Position numbers and translations under genes: made by a program | In this document: positions 1 through 6,340 of the stretch, piece by piece | How the letters are laid out: each line of letters begins with the position of its first letter | Position numbering within the stretch: position 1 is the first letter of the stretch | Origin: a virus | Direction: 5' to 3' (one strand) | Length of the DNA: 64,000 nucleotides | Virus record (IMG/VR): IMGVR_UViG_3300036406_001149 | The notes under the pieces: generated by a model | The model's database searches: none | Seen by the model: only the letters and a program-made list of their open reading frames with translations | Told to the model about the DNA's origin: nothing

Positions 1-113
1 AACGAATCATCAGAATCATTCTCCAGGTCATCATCTCCAGCCCAGTAGTCATTAGTACGATCATCAGCATCGATACCATAAAAATCTTCAAGATCGTCAT
101 ACTCGTAGCTCAT
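1..113 (-). CDS. Very acidic small early protein (runs off the left edge)
   Basis: Manual translation from ATG at 113: MSYEYDDLEDFYGIDADDRTNDYWAGDDDLENDSDDS...; starts 2 nt after the stop of the upstream ORF; not in ORF track. Confidence 0.6.
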   Translation of the reverse strand, partial: MSYEYDDLEDFYGIDADDRTNDYWAGDDDLENDSDDS

Positions 114-115
114 GG

Positions 116-187
116 TCAATCCCTCACGATGGTGGTAATATAAAACAGGCCAACGTATCCGACAACAAACGCAATCGCACTAAGCAT
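116..187 (-). CDS. 23-aa hydrophobic peptide
   Basis: MLSAIAFVVGYVGLFYITTIVRD; tightly coupled to both neighbouring ORFs. Confidence 0.4.
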   Translation of the reverse strand: MLSAIAFVVGYVGLFYITTIVRD

Positions 188-347
188 GATCATACTCCGG
201 GGGAACGAAATCGTCAATATCAATTCCGACTACCTCAGCATAATCGTAAAAATCGGTCTGGATACTAGGATCGTCAATCGGCTCCACGATGTTCAGTTCG
301 GCCATCTCAGCAAGAATCCGATTCACAGCGTCAAAATCGTTCAGCAT
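180..347 (-). CDS. 55-aa acidic early protein
   Basis: MLNDFDAVNRILAEMAELNIVEPIDDPSIQTDFYDYAEVVGIDIDDFVPPEYDHA; downstream of promoter 386-414. Confidence 0.6.
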   Translation of the reverse strand: MLNDFDAVNRILAEMAELNIVEPIDDPSIQTDFYDYAEVVGIDIDDFVPPEYDHA

Positions 348-385
348 GATTCTACTCCGTTTGGGTTTCCGTTCGTGATGCTTTG

Positions 386-414
386 ATTCTACACTTATTA
401 TCGACCCATTGCAA
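386..414 (-). promoter_or_regulatory. sigma70-type early promoter TTGCAA-17-TAGAAT
   Basis: Hexamers at 409-414 and 386-391 read on the minus strand. Confidence 0.6.
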
Positions 415-434
415 GCCCTACCATAAAAGTTTTT

Positions 435-538
435 CCTTGCAATTTCGTAAGGTTGTCGTAAAGTGTTGGAGCATAAGCACTTACGCTTCGCGGGGCGGGC
501 CGGACTCGACGTAAGTCCTTACAGATGAAGGAGATACG
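435..538. repeat. Composite repeat copy 1: 18-bp operator (435-452) + palindrome A (457-485) + palindrome B (510-538)
   Basis: CCTTGC-N6-GTAAGG; CGTAAA-N17-CTTACG; CGTAAG-N17-GATACG; A to B offset 53 bp. Confidence 0.8.
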
Positions 539-707
539 TCATAGCACAGCCGATAACAAAACACACCCCCCACAATATGTAGTCACTCGCTCTCATCATT
601 TTCCTCCATATACATGATATTTGACATACTAGCGTACAGTACAATACCACAAATATAACCGAAAGCGACACTAACGAAATCCAATTGATACATCCTTGCA
701 TCTCCAT
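519..707 (-). CDS. Small two-helix membrane protein
   Basis: ORF track 519..758; ATG at 707 preferred because it follows the upstream stop; two hydrophobic segments. Confidence 0.55.
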   Translation of the reverse strand: MEMQGCINWISLVSLSVIFVVLYCTLVCQISCIWRKMMRASDYILWGVCFVIGCAMTYLLHL

Positions 708-717
708 TGTTATTTGG

Positions 718-906
718 TCAATCTCCGTACCCAACCCAAAAATCATCATCTTCTTCATTCTGCATAAGAGTATATCCCCGACTCCTCATAGCCTCATATT
801 CATTTATCCTTTGCCAAACTTCTCCCACAATAGAGAGAAAATAGACCAAGGCCAGAATAAAAAGCATTACCCCCATCCAGACCCATACCAAAATAAAATC
901 GCTCAT
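718..906 (-). CDS. Small single-pass membrane protein with acidic C-terminus
   Basis: MSDFILVWVWMGVMLFILALVYFLSIV...EEDDDFWVGYGD; ATGA overlap with upstream gene. Confidence 0.65.
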   Translation of the reverse strand: MSDFILVWVWMGVMLFILALVYFLSIVGEVWQRINEYEAMRSRGYTLMQNEEDDDFWVGYGD

Positions 907-1097
907 AAAACCTCTTTCCAAACATGGCCGTAAGCATCGACAGCAGACGTTAATTCATCATCCGAAAAATATGCGTGAAGTCCACTGGTAACTGTCACTT
1001 CCCATACATTACCCTCATCGTATTCATGTCCTACGATTTTACCAACCTTTTTCTCTTTTCCCCACATGAACGATACATAGTCACCAATTTCAAACAT
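903..1097 (-). CDS. Small SH3/KOW-like beta protein
   Basis: MFEIGDYVSFMWGKEKKVGKIVGHEY...; GAGGAAAG ribosome-binding site before ATG 1097. Confidence 0.65.
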   Translation of the reverse strand: MFEIGDYVSFMWGKEKKVGKIVGHEYDEGNVWEVTVTSGLHAYFSDDELTSAVDAYGHVWKEVL

Positions 1098-1110
1098 TTT
1101 TCTTTCCTCT

Positions 1111-1290
1111 TTACTTAGTAGCGAGCAACAGAGATTCTTCACGATACCGACGCAACAATTCTGTTGCAAGATAGGAAATATGCTGTTTCCTCAGTTCGAT
1201 CATTTCGGGATCAGTATCCCTAGCGAGCCGGACTTGCTCTAGCCACAGGTTATCTTGCAAAACTCTAGTAGGAAATTGTTTCATCTTCAT
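1111..1290 (-). CDS. 59-aa hypothetical early protein
   Basis: Manual translation MKMKQFPTRVLQDNLWLEQVRLARDTDPEMIELRKQHISYLATELLRRYREESLLLATK; directly after promoter 1311-1339. Confidence 0.6.
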   Translation of the reverse strand: MKMKQFPTRVLQDNLWLEQVRLARDTDPEMIELRKQHISYLATELLRRYREESLLLATK

Positions 1291-1310
1291 TCTCTCTTTC
1301 TTGTCTTACT

Positions 1311-1339
1311 ATTATACCAAACTTTTCCGTCGCCGCCAA
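1311..1339 (-). promoter_or_regulatory. sigma70-type early promoter TTGGCG-17-TATAAT
   Basis: Hexamers at 1334-1339 and 1311-1316 on the minus strand. Confidence 0.55.
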
Positions 1340-1360
1340 CCCCTCTTATACGGGGGTGGG
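1336..1360. terminator. GC hairpin at gene end, repeated at about 4201-4224
   Basis: CCAACCCCTCTTATACGGGGGTGGG versus TCAACCCCTCTTATCGGGGGAGGG; both overlap a stop codon and the next -35 box. Confidence 0.45.
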
Positions 1361-1564
1361 ATTCGACCGATAATACATTGCCCACAGTTCATCCATCACA
1401 AACTGGACAACACGATCATGTGAACCACGGCAGACGTAGTATCCCATATGGATATCAAACAGAGCAAACGATCCATCTTCTTGAGGATGAAACGTGAACC
1501 CACACTTGTAGGCATAGGCGTTGATTTTACCCTTGACGGTCGAACTTTTTGGAGGCTTTCTCAT
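1346..1564 (-). CDS. 72-aa hypothetical early protein
   Basis: The track start TTG at 1624 is the -35 box of a perfect promoter; true start is likely ATG 1564 (MRKPPKSSTVKG...). Confidence 0.7.
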   Translation of the reverse strand: MRKPPKSSTVKGKINAYAYKCGFTFHPQEDGSFALFDIHMGYYVCRGSHDRVVQFVMDELWAMYYRSNPTPV

Positions 1565-1595
1565 TTTCTTCTTTCCTTTTCTTTCTTGTCCTATC

Positions 1596-1624
1596 ATTAT
1601 ACCATAATTATCGTCCAATGTCAA
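1596..1624 (-). promoter_or_regulatory. Perfect sigma70 promoter TTGACA-17-TATAAT
   Basis: tgtcaa 1619-1624 and attata 1596-1601. Confidence 0.85.
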
Positions 1625-1646
1625 TAGCCTAGACCAGGAAAAATTT

Positions 1647-1793
1647 CCTTACAAAGTCGTAAGGTTTGAGAGAGAGATTTGGCATAGCGTTTGCGACCCG
1701 ATCAGATTAGCTGTAACTCTATAGGCAGAAACCACTTACGTCAAGTTTGGCGAGCCGTCTTTGCTCTAAGTGCTTATGTAGCAACGGGTTACA
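1647..1793. repeat. Composite repeat copy 2: operator 1647-1664, palindrome A 1712-1740, palindrome B 1765-1793
   Basis: CCTTAC-N6-GTAAGG; TGTAAC-N17-CTTACG; TCTAAG-N17-GTTACA; offset 53 bp. Confidence 0.8.
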
Positions 1794-1937
1794 TCAAATC
1801 TTTCGTTTTCTGTATATTCGTTCACCATCCACCCAAACGGGTAGGTATAGCCTAGGGTACAGCTGTACATATCTGCTATTTACCCATCGTTCAGTCTCTA
1901 GTGTAACGTCATATACTAGTGTACAATCGTTCATCAT
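1794..1937 (-). CDS. 47-aa hypothetical protein
   Basis: MMNDCTLVYDVTLETERWVNSRYVQLYPRLYLPVWVDGERIYRKRKI; ATGA coupling; its stop abuts palindrome B. Confidence 0.55.
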   Translation of the reverse strand: MMNDCTLVYDVTLETERWVNSRYVQLYPRLYLPVWVDGERIYRKRKI

Positions 1938-2317
1938 TCATCTTCTCCCTTGAAGCTGAAAGGACTGATTTCTTCTCCATAAGCTGCGATAGCCTCGTAC
2001 TGTGAACGCAGAGCGTCAACACGCTCACGGCTTCCCGGCTTACCAACCGAAATGATCATAGTATCCTCACCACCAACATAGCGAGGATCGGCCTTTTCTT
2101 TACGAATCTTTCCGATATTCTTCAATGAGGTACGATTGAACTTGAGAACCTTTTCGCTCACAACGTAACGCTTCTGGTCGGTCACGCCATAGACGTAATC
2201 GGTATCTTCAGTGATCCGATCATCGGGAATCTCTACTAGCATCGGAATAGCGATACCCTTGAAGATCATACGGGCTTGACGCTTGGCATTTTCGATGATG
2301 GGATACTTGGTTTTCAT
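1934..2317 (-). CDS. 127-aa hypothetical early protein
   Basis: Track ORF 1934..2530 spans a perfect promoter at 2358-2386, so ATG 2317 (MKTKYPIIENAKRQ...) is preferred. Confidence 0.7.
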   Translation of the reverse strand: MKTKYPIIENAKRQARMIFKGIAIPMLVEIPDDRITEDTDYVYGVTDQKRYVVSEKVLKFNRTSLKNIGKIRKEKADPRYVGGEDTMIISVGKPGSRERVDALRSQYEAIAAYGEEISPFSFKGEDE

Positions 2318-2357
2318 TGTCTTTTTCTCTCTTTGTCTATCGTTCTCTTGTGTGTGC

Positions 2358-2404
2358 ATTATACCAAACCTATTTTGTTCTGTCAACCTTACAATGTCGG
2401 AAGG
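2358..2404 (-). promoter_or_regulatory. Perfect sigma70 promoter with adjacent operator (2387-2404)
   Basis: TTGACA-17-TATAAT at 2358-2386; CCTTAC-AATGTC-GGAAGG immediately upstream. Confidence 0.8.
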
Positions 2405-2405
2405 T

Positions 2406-2609
2406 TCAGATTCTCCACTCAACAAACTTGAGAGTGAACACTTGACCAGGATACTTTGCAGAGATATGCTTTTCAGCAGTCTCTTTCTTGTTGTCCGAAG
2501 CACTAACACCTTGAACAATCTTTCCATCAATCATCACACTCCAAATCTTACGCTTACGAATCTTAGGGAGTGAACTGATGAAGCTATTGATGTGAGTAGT
2601 CTTTTCCAT
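2406..2609 (-). CDS. 67-aa early protein, paralog of 4211..4435
   Basis: MEKTTHINSFISSLPKI... aligns end to end with MEKTTNINSFINTLPKI... Confidence 0.75.
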   Translation of the reverse strand: MEKTTHINSFISSLPKIRKRKIWSVMIDGKIVQGVSASDNKKETAEKHISAKYPGQVFTLKFVEWRI

Positions 2610-2642
2610 TTTTTTCTCTTTCTTTCTTTCTTTCTTTTCTCT

Positions 2643-2698
2643 ATTATACAGTATCGGTTATTGTTTGTCAATACCTTGAACCTTGCAATGTCGTAAGG
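2643..2698 (-). promoter_or_regulatory. Perfect sigma70 promoter with operator (2681-2698)
   Basis: TTGACA-17-TATAAT at 2643-2671; CCTTGC-AATGTC-GTAAGG. Confidence 0.85.
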
Positions 2699-2833
2699 TT
2701 AGATCATTCTCTGGAAGTATCGAACCTTGAGAGGATCTTGGGTAATCTTCCCATTCTGGATAAGATAGATAACCTTTCCATTTCTAACCATTGCACTAGT
2801 GTTGTTGGTAATCTGAATCGTTTTCATTTTCAT
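2699..2833 (-). CDS. 44-aa basic hypothetical protein
   Basis: MKMKTIQITNNTSAMVRNGKVIYLIQNGKITQDPLKVRYFQRMI after a purine-rich leader. Confidence 0.55.
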   Translation of the reverse strand: MKMKTIQITNNTSAMVRNGKVIYLIQNGKITQDPLKVRYFQRMI

Positions 2834-2910
2834 TCTCTCTTTCTTATACCTATATAAGATGCAGCTTTCGTGCCAAAGCCAAAAATATTTTTCTTGCGTT
2901 TTTCTCGGGC

Positions 2911-3056
2911 AAAACACTATGCTACTTTCTGTGCCTAGTTTTTAAGCGTAGCATTTTGCAACAGTGATTTGCATTTTGCGTTAGCATTTTTGGCCGAGAT
3001 ATTGATAAGTGTAGCATTTTGCGTTACGCTACATATGGTGTGCCTAGAAAGTAATC
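2911..3056. repeat. Non-coding block of short direct and inverted repeats
   Basis: GCATTTT at 2951, 2971, 2984 and 3014 (GCATTTTGC three times); GTGCCTAG at 2931 and 3040. Confidence 0.6.
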
Positions 3057-3072
3057 AGCACAAGACATTTGT

Positions 3073-3154
3073 CGTAAGTCGTTATTCTATAGGCACTTAC
3101 GTCAAATTTTCGACGCCCCGCTCGTCGTAAGTCGTTACGAGCTAAGGGTTTACG
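3073..3154. repeat. Composite repeat copy 3: palindrome A 3073-3101, palindrome B 3126-3154
   Basis: CGTAAG-N17-CTTACG; CGTAAG-N17-TTTACG; offset 53 bp. Confidence 0.85.
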
Positions 3155-3338
3155 TCGGACTCAGCTCATATAGTGAACAGTTGTATACCTTACCATCCTC
3201 ATCCTGTACAGATGCCCACGCATTTTCTGTACCATACACAGCATCGGCAAGTACGCCCATGAACGAACGTACAGTAACAACCCTAGAGCCGTGCATCACG
3301 GTTTGTCCATATCGTGGAGTATTTTCTGCAGTGAACAT
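3150..3338 (-). CDS. 62-aa hypothetical early protein
   Basis: ORF track; AAGGGAAAC ribosome-binding site before ATG. Confidence 0.6.
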   Translation of the reverse strand: MFTAENTPRYGQTVMHGSRVVTVRSFMGVLADAVYGTENAWASVQDEDGKVYNCSLYELSPT

Positions 3339-3351
3339 TTGTTTCCCTTTT

Positions 3352-3669
3352 TTAGTAGATAAGATTCATATCGGCCACAACCATACCATCTTCATACTCT
3401 AGGCCACTGTCCAGATACCACTGTCCCTTGCGTTGATACACTCGCACGGGTGAATACTGATTGATTCTATCCTTAGTGGTGGCACTATACCATCCACCAG
3501 TATTGAGGGTAGCACTATTGTCAGGATGAATCTTTACCACATAGGTACTATGCAGCATGATCCCTACGCTACCATCAGGAAGAATTTCCGCATAGGTATT
3601 ATTACCTACCTTACGAGTATCCTTATTAGTCTTACCACGAACCATCTTTACTGCTTCATAGTGTGTCAT
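3352..3669 (-). CDS. 105-aa conserved-looking phage early protein (TGGWxxxTTKxRxN motif)
   Basis: ORF track; motif LNTGGWYSATTKDRIN resembles a phage family of unknown function I recall. Confidence 0.65.
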   Translation of the reverse strand: MTHYEAVKMVRGKTNKDTRKVGNNTYAEILPDGSVGIMLHSTYVVKIHPDNSATLNTGGWYSATTKDRINQYSPVRVYQRKGQWYLDSGLEYEDGMVVADMNLIY

Positions 3670-3670
3670 A

Positions 3671-3823
3671 CTACATTATCCAAACATATAGAGGAAGAAA
3701 AACAAACAGGAAAGCCCAACTACCAAACAGCAAAGCCAAGATACCCAATCCAGAAACTATTCCAAAAGTATCTATAGTCTCTGGATTCTCTCCCAACACA
3801 TTATAACAAATCCACTTTTTCAT
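3671..3823 (-). CDS. 50-aa membrane protein
   Basis: MKKWICYNVLGENPETIDTFGIVSGLGILALLFGSWAFLFVFLPLYVWIM; TAATG coupling. Confidence 0.55.
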   Translation of the reverse strand: MKKWICYNVLGENPETIDTFGIVSGLGILALLFGSWAFLFVFLPLYVWIM

Positions 3824-3942
3824 TAGTCGTTCTCATGCAGGATGGATTGAACAGCGTTACCCACTTCGTGAACAGTATACGAAATGAAACCGGCAAAAGC
3901 AATCAAGGCAAACAGCTGAAAATATTCGATAGCTGTAATCAT
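3823..3942 (-). CDS. 39-aa membrane peptide
   Basis: MITAIEYFQLFALIAFAGFISYTVHEVGNAVQSILHEND. Confidence 0.5.
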   Translation of the reverse strand: MITAIEYFQLFALIAFAGFISYTVHEVGNAVQSILHEND

Positions 3943-3952
3943 TAGAATTCTT

Positions 3953-4150
3953 TCAATACTTGATAAGATTATTGGCGACATTGAACCGAATCAATCCAGA
4001 GACACTACGATTAGCCAAAAGGCTATCGGTAACATTCTTTCCATCACGCAGGATGGTTTGAATCACAAAGGAACCACTAGGATAAACCTTGAAGGTTGCA
4101 GTGGTATTGCCAAACTTCATCGTATGCCAAGTTTCGTATCCAAAATTCAT
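3953..4150 (-). CDS. 65-aa hypothetical early protein
   Basis: ATG 4150 after a purine leader and promoter 4177-4204. Confidence 0.6.
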   Translation of the reverse strand: MNFGYETWHTMKFGNTTATFKVYPSGSFVIQTILRDGKNVTDSLLANRSVSGLIRFNVANNLIKY

Positions 4151-4176
4151 TTTCTTTCTCTCTTTCTCTTTCCAGA

Positions 4177-4204
4177 ATTCTATCAAACTTTGTCGCCCCG
4201 TCAA
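4177..4204 (-). promoter_or_regulatory. sigma70-type promoter TTGACG-16-TAGAAT
   Basis: Hexamers at 4199-4204 and 4177-4182. Confidence 0.55.
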
Positions 4205-4210
4205 CCCCTC

Positions 4211-4435
4211 TTATCGGGGGAGGGTCATCAATCCTTTGAAGTGCGAAAACGTCAGGGTAAGCTTTTGACCAACATACTTTTGGTCAATGTACGCTTGTGC
4301 AGAACTTTTCCGATTATCGGTAGCACCAACATACTGAACAACCGTACCATCTTGGTCGGTTACTTTCCAAACCTTCTTCTGAACAATCTTGGGAAGGGTG
4401 TTGATGAAACTGTTGATGTTAGTGGTTTTTTCCAT
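4211..4435 (-). CDS. 74-aa early protein, paralog of 2406..2609
   Basis: ORF track; clear sequence similarity. Confidence 0.75.
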   Translation of the reverse strand: MEKTTNINSFINTLPKIVQKKVWKVTDQDGTVVQYVGATDNRKSSAQAYIDQKYVGQKLTLTFSHFKGLMTLPR

Positions 4436-4481
4436 TTTTCTTTTTCTCTTTCTTTCTTTTTCTCTTACTTCTTATATCGAC

Positions 4482-4510
4482 ATTATACCATGAGAATCTT
4501 TAGATGTCAA
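4482..4510 (-). promoter_or_regulatory. Perfect sigma70 promoter TTGACA-17-TATAAT
   Basis: tgtcaa 4505-4510, attata 4482-4487. Confidence 0.85.
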
Positions 4511-4521
4511 TGAAAAACTTT

Positions 4522-4625
4522 CCTTGCAATTTCGTAAGGTTTCTCTAAGTCTATACAGGGTAAGTAGTTATGTCGAATTTGGGAGGCCGACGTTGTCGTA
4601 AGTGCTTATCTACCAACAGCTTACG
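4522..4625. repeat. Composite repeat copy 4: operator 4522-4539, palindrome A 4544-4572, palindrome B 4597-4625
   Basis: CCTTGC-N6-GTAAGG; TCTAAG-N17-GTTATG; CGTAAG-N17-CTTACG; same 4-bp and 53-bp spacings as copy 1. Confidence 0.85.
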
Positions 4626-4645
4626 TTCAGCCTATACAAATGTTC

Positions 4646-4795
4646 TTAGAGAATCGTTCCGTCACCACGAATACGATACATGATCCCTCCAATACTGTAC
4701 AAACAAATACCTTCGCCCATATTCTGAACAAACGTGGCCGAATATCCATGGCGAGCAACTAGGCGACGAATCGTGTTTTGTACTTGAATGGTCAT
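4646..4795 (-). CDS. 49-aa hypothetical early protein
   Basis: MTIQVQNTIRRLVARHGYSATFVQNMGEGICLYSIGGIMYRIRGDGTIL; GAGGG ribosome-binding site; follows promoter 4822-4851. Confidence 0.6.
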   Translation of the reverse strand: MTIQVQNTIRRLVARHGYSATFVQNMGEGICLYSIGGIMYRIRGDGTIL

Positions 4796-4821
4796 TGTTC
4801 TTTCCCTCTTGTGTTGGTTCT

Positions 4822-4851
4822 ATTATACAGTATCGGCTATTCCGTTGTCAA
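4822..4851 (-). promoter_or_regulatory. sigma70 promoter TTGACA-18-TATAAT
   Basis: tgtcaa 4846-4851, attata 4822-4827; flanks closely resemble the promoter at 2643-2671. Confidence 0.8.
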
Positions 4852-4855
4852 TACC

Positions 4856-5086
4856 TTAGCAGATTGCAAAATCTTTCACAACATAACCCATTTCGTCAAT
4901 CTCAATCCAACCACCATCATCCATGAATCCCAATTCTTCATCAATTGAGATCACATTATCATTTTCACGAACCTTTTCCAGAAGATCACTAGCAAATGCT
5001 ACCCTATTCACAAAGGTATCCATTCCAGTGTTATTGATCAGGTCGTGCAACTCAGCCACAGTGTTCAGAACAATCATGTTTTCCAT
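4856..5086 (-). CDS. 76-aa acidic early protein
   Basis: MENMIVLNTVAELHDL...IDEELGFMDDGGWIEIDEMG; ATG 5086 after a purine leader. Confidence 0.65.
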   Translation of the reverse strand: MENMIVLNTVAELHDLINNTGMDTFVNRVAFASDLLEKVRENDNVISIDEELGFMDDGGWIEIDEMGYVVKDFAIC

Positions 5087-5126
5087 TTTCTTTTCCTTTT
5101 CTTCTTTCTTTTTCTCTTGTGCTTTC

Positions 5127-5154
5127 ATTATACAGTATTTATCGACGCTTTCAA
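5127..5154 (-). promoter_or_regulatory. sigma70-type promoter TTGAAA-16-TATAAT
   Basis: Hexamers at 5149-5154 and 5127-5132. Confidence 0.55.
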
Positions 5155-5228
5155 GAGAAATCTTTGGATTTTTTCAAATATAATTTCATGCCAAACACAA
5201 AATTTTCTGATTTTTTCTAAATCATTGA

Positions 5229-5310
5229 CATAACTCTATATCCCATAAGTACTTACGTCAAATTTTGGAGAGAGAATAGTACCTAAGTGTTTATGTATCA
5301 ACAACTTAGG
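5229..5310. repeat. Composite repeat copy 5: palindrome A 5229-5257, palindrome B 5282-5310
   Basis: CATAAC-N17-CTTACG; CCTAAG-N17-CTTAGG; offset 53 bp. Confidence 0.85.
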
Positions 5311-5422
5311 GGGTTTTTTCGTTTTTGCTGCCCATTTCGGAATTTCCCCAAAAACCCTCGGGTGGTGCAAACATAGTAGGCGGGTCTATAAGATATTGGC
5401 CAGTTTAATAGCCAGTTTCCCC

Positions 5423-6340
5423 TCATCTCGACTTGACGTACCATCTCACAGTTTCTGCTAATCCGTCAGTCAAAGATACCTTTGGTTTCCATCCTAGTAA
5501 CTTAGCAGCTTTTGATATATTAAGAAACCTACGAGGCTGTCCATTAGGTTTAGATTCGTCCCATTCAATTGCTCCAGAGTATCCCACTAAATCTTTAATA
5601 GATGTCGCCAGATCCTTAATAGAAACTTCAGAACCACCCCCCAAATTAATAGGAGATGGTTCATTGATCTTTTCCATTCCGTCTACAACTGCTTGTGCAG
5701 CATCCTTAACATACAAAAATTCTCTAGTAGCTGATCCATCCCCCCAACAATCTACAAAAGATAGCGCACCCTCTTTTGCATCAATAAACTTTTTGATCAA
5801 GGCCGGGATAACATGACTACTCTCTGGTTTAAAATTATCACCCGGCCCGTATAAATTAGATGGCACCAAAATACAACTTTTTAAGTTATATTGTTTATGG
5901 TATGCTTCCAACATAACAAATAATGCTTTTTTAGCCACCCCATAAGGAGCATTAGTTTCTTCTGGATATCCATTCCATATATCTTCTTCCACAAAAGGAA
6001 CAGGACATATCTTAGGATAAGAGCATACCGTCCCAACCTGCACAAATTTATTAACATGGTATAATCTAGAAGCTTCTATAAGATTTAAACCCATGCTCAT
6101 ATTAGCATAGAAAAATCTACCTGGGTTGGCCATATTCGCCCCTATACCTCCAACCTCTGCTGCTAAATGAATAATAGTATCAGGACGATAATATCTTATC
6201 ATTTCTTGAGCTTGATCAAATTTAGTCAAATCAATAAGCTTTGATCTAGGAACGAATATATCCCCGTAACCTCTGCGTAATAATTCTTGATGAACAAATT
6301 TCCCTAAAAATCCAGATCCACCAGTTAAAATAATTTTCAT
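5423..6340 (-). CDS. fcl: GDP-L-fucose synthase (GDP-4-keto-6-deoxymannose epimerase/reductase)
   Basis: TGGSGFLG Rossmann motif, HLAAEVGGIGAN, GTVCSYPK, catalytic YGVAKK, PSNLYGPGDNF, WGDGSATREF. Confidence 0.93.
   Translation of the reverse strand: MKIILTGGSGFLGKFVHQELLRRGYGDIFVPRSKLIDLTKFDQAQEMIRYYRPDTIIHLAAEVGGIGANMANPGRFFYANMSMGLNLIEASRLYHVNKFVQVGTVCSYPKICPVPFVEEDIWNGYPEETNAPYGVAKKALFVMLEAYHKQYNLKSCILVPSNLYGPGDNFKPESSHVIPALIKKFIDAKEGALSFVDCWGDGSATREFLYVKDAAQAVVDGMEKINEPSPINLGGGSEVSIKDLATSIKDLVGYSGAIEWDESKPNGQPRRFLNISKAAKLLGWKPKVSLTDGLAETVRWYVKSR

Noticed and set aside
186-5233. Plus-strand ORFs in the early region (e.g. 685..933, 2283..2573, 4058..4513)
   Set aside because: Antisense shadows of minus-strand genes that have promoters, RBSs and translational coupling.
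435-5310. Repeated palindromes read as a CRISPR array
   Set aside because: Repeats are degenerate, come in fixed pairs, and are separated by whole genes and promoters rather than 30-40 bp spacers; no cas genes.
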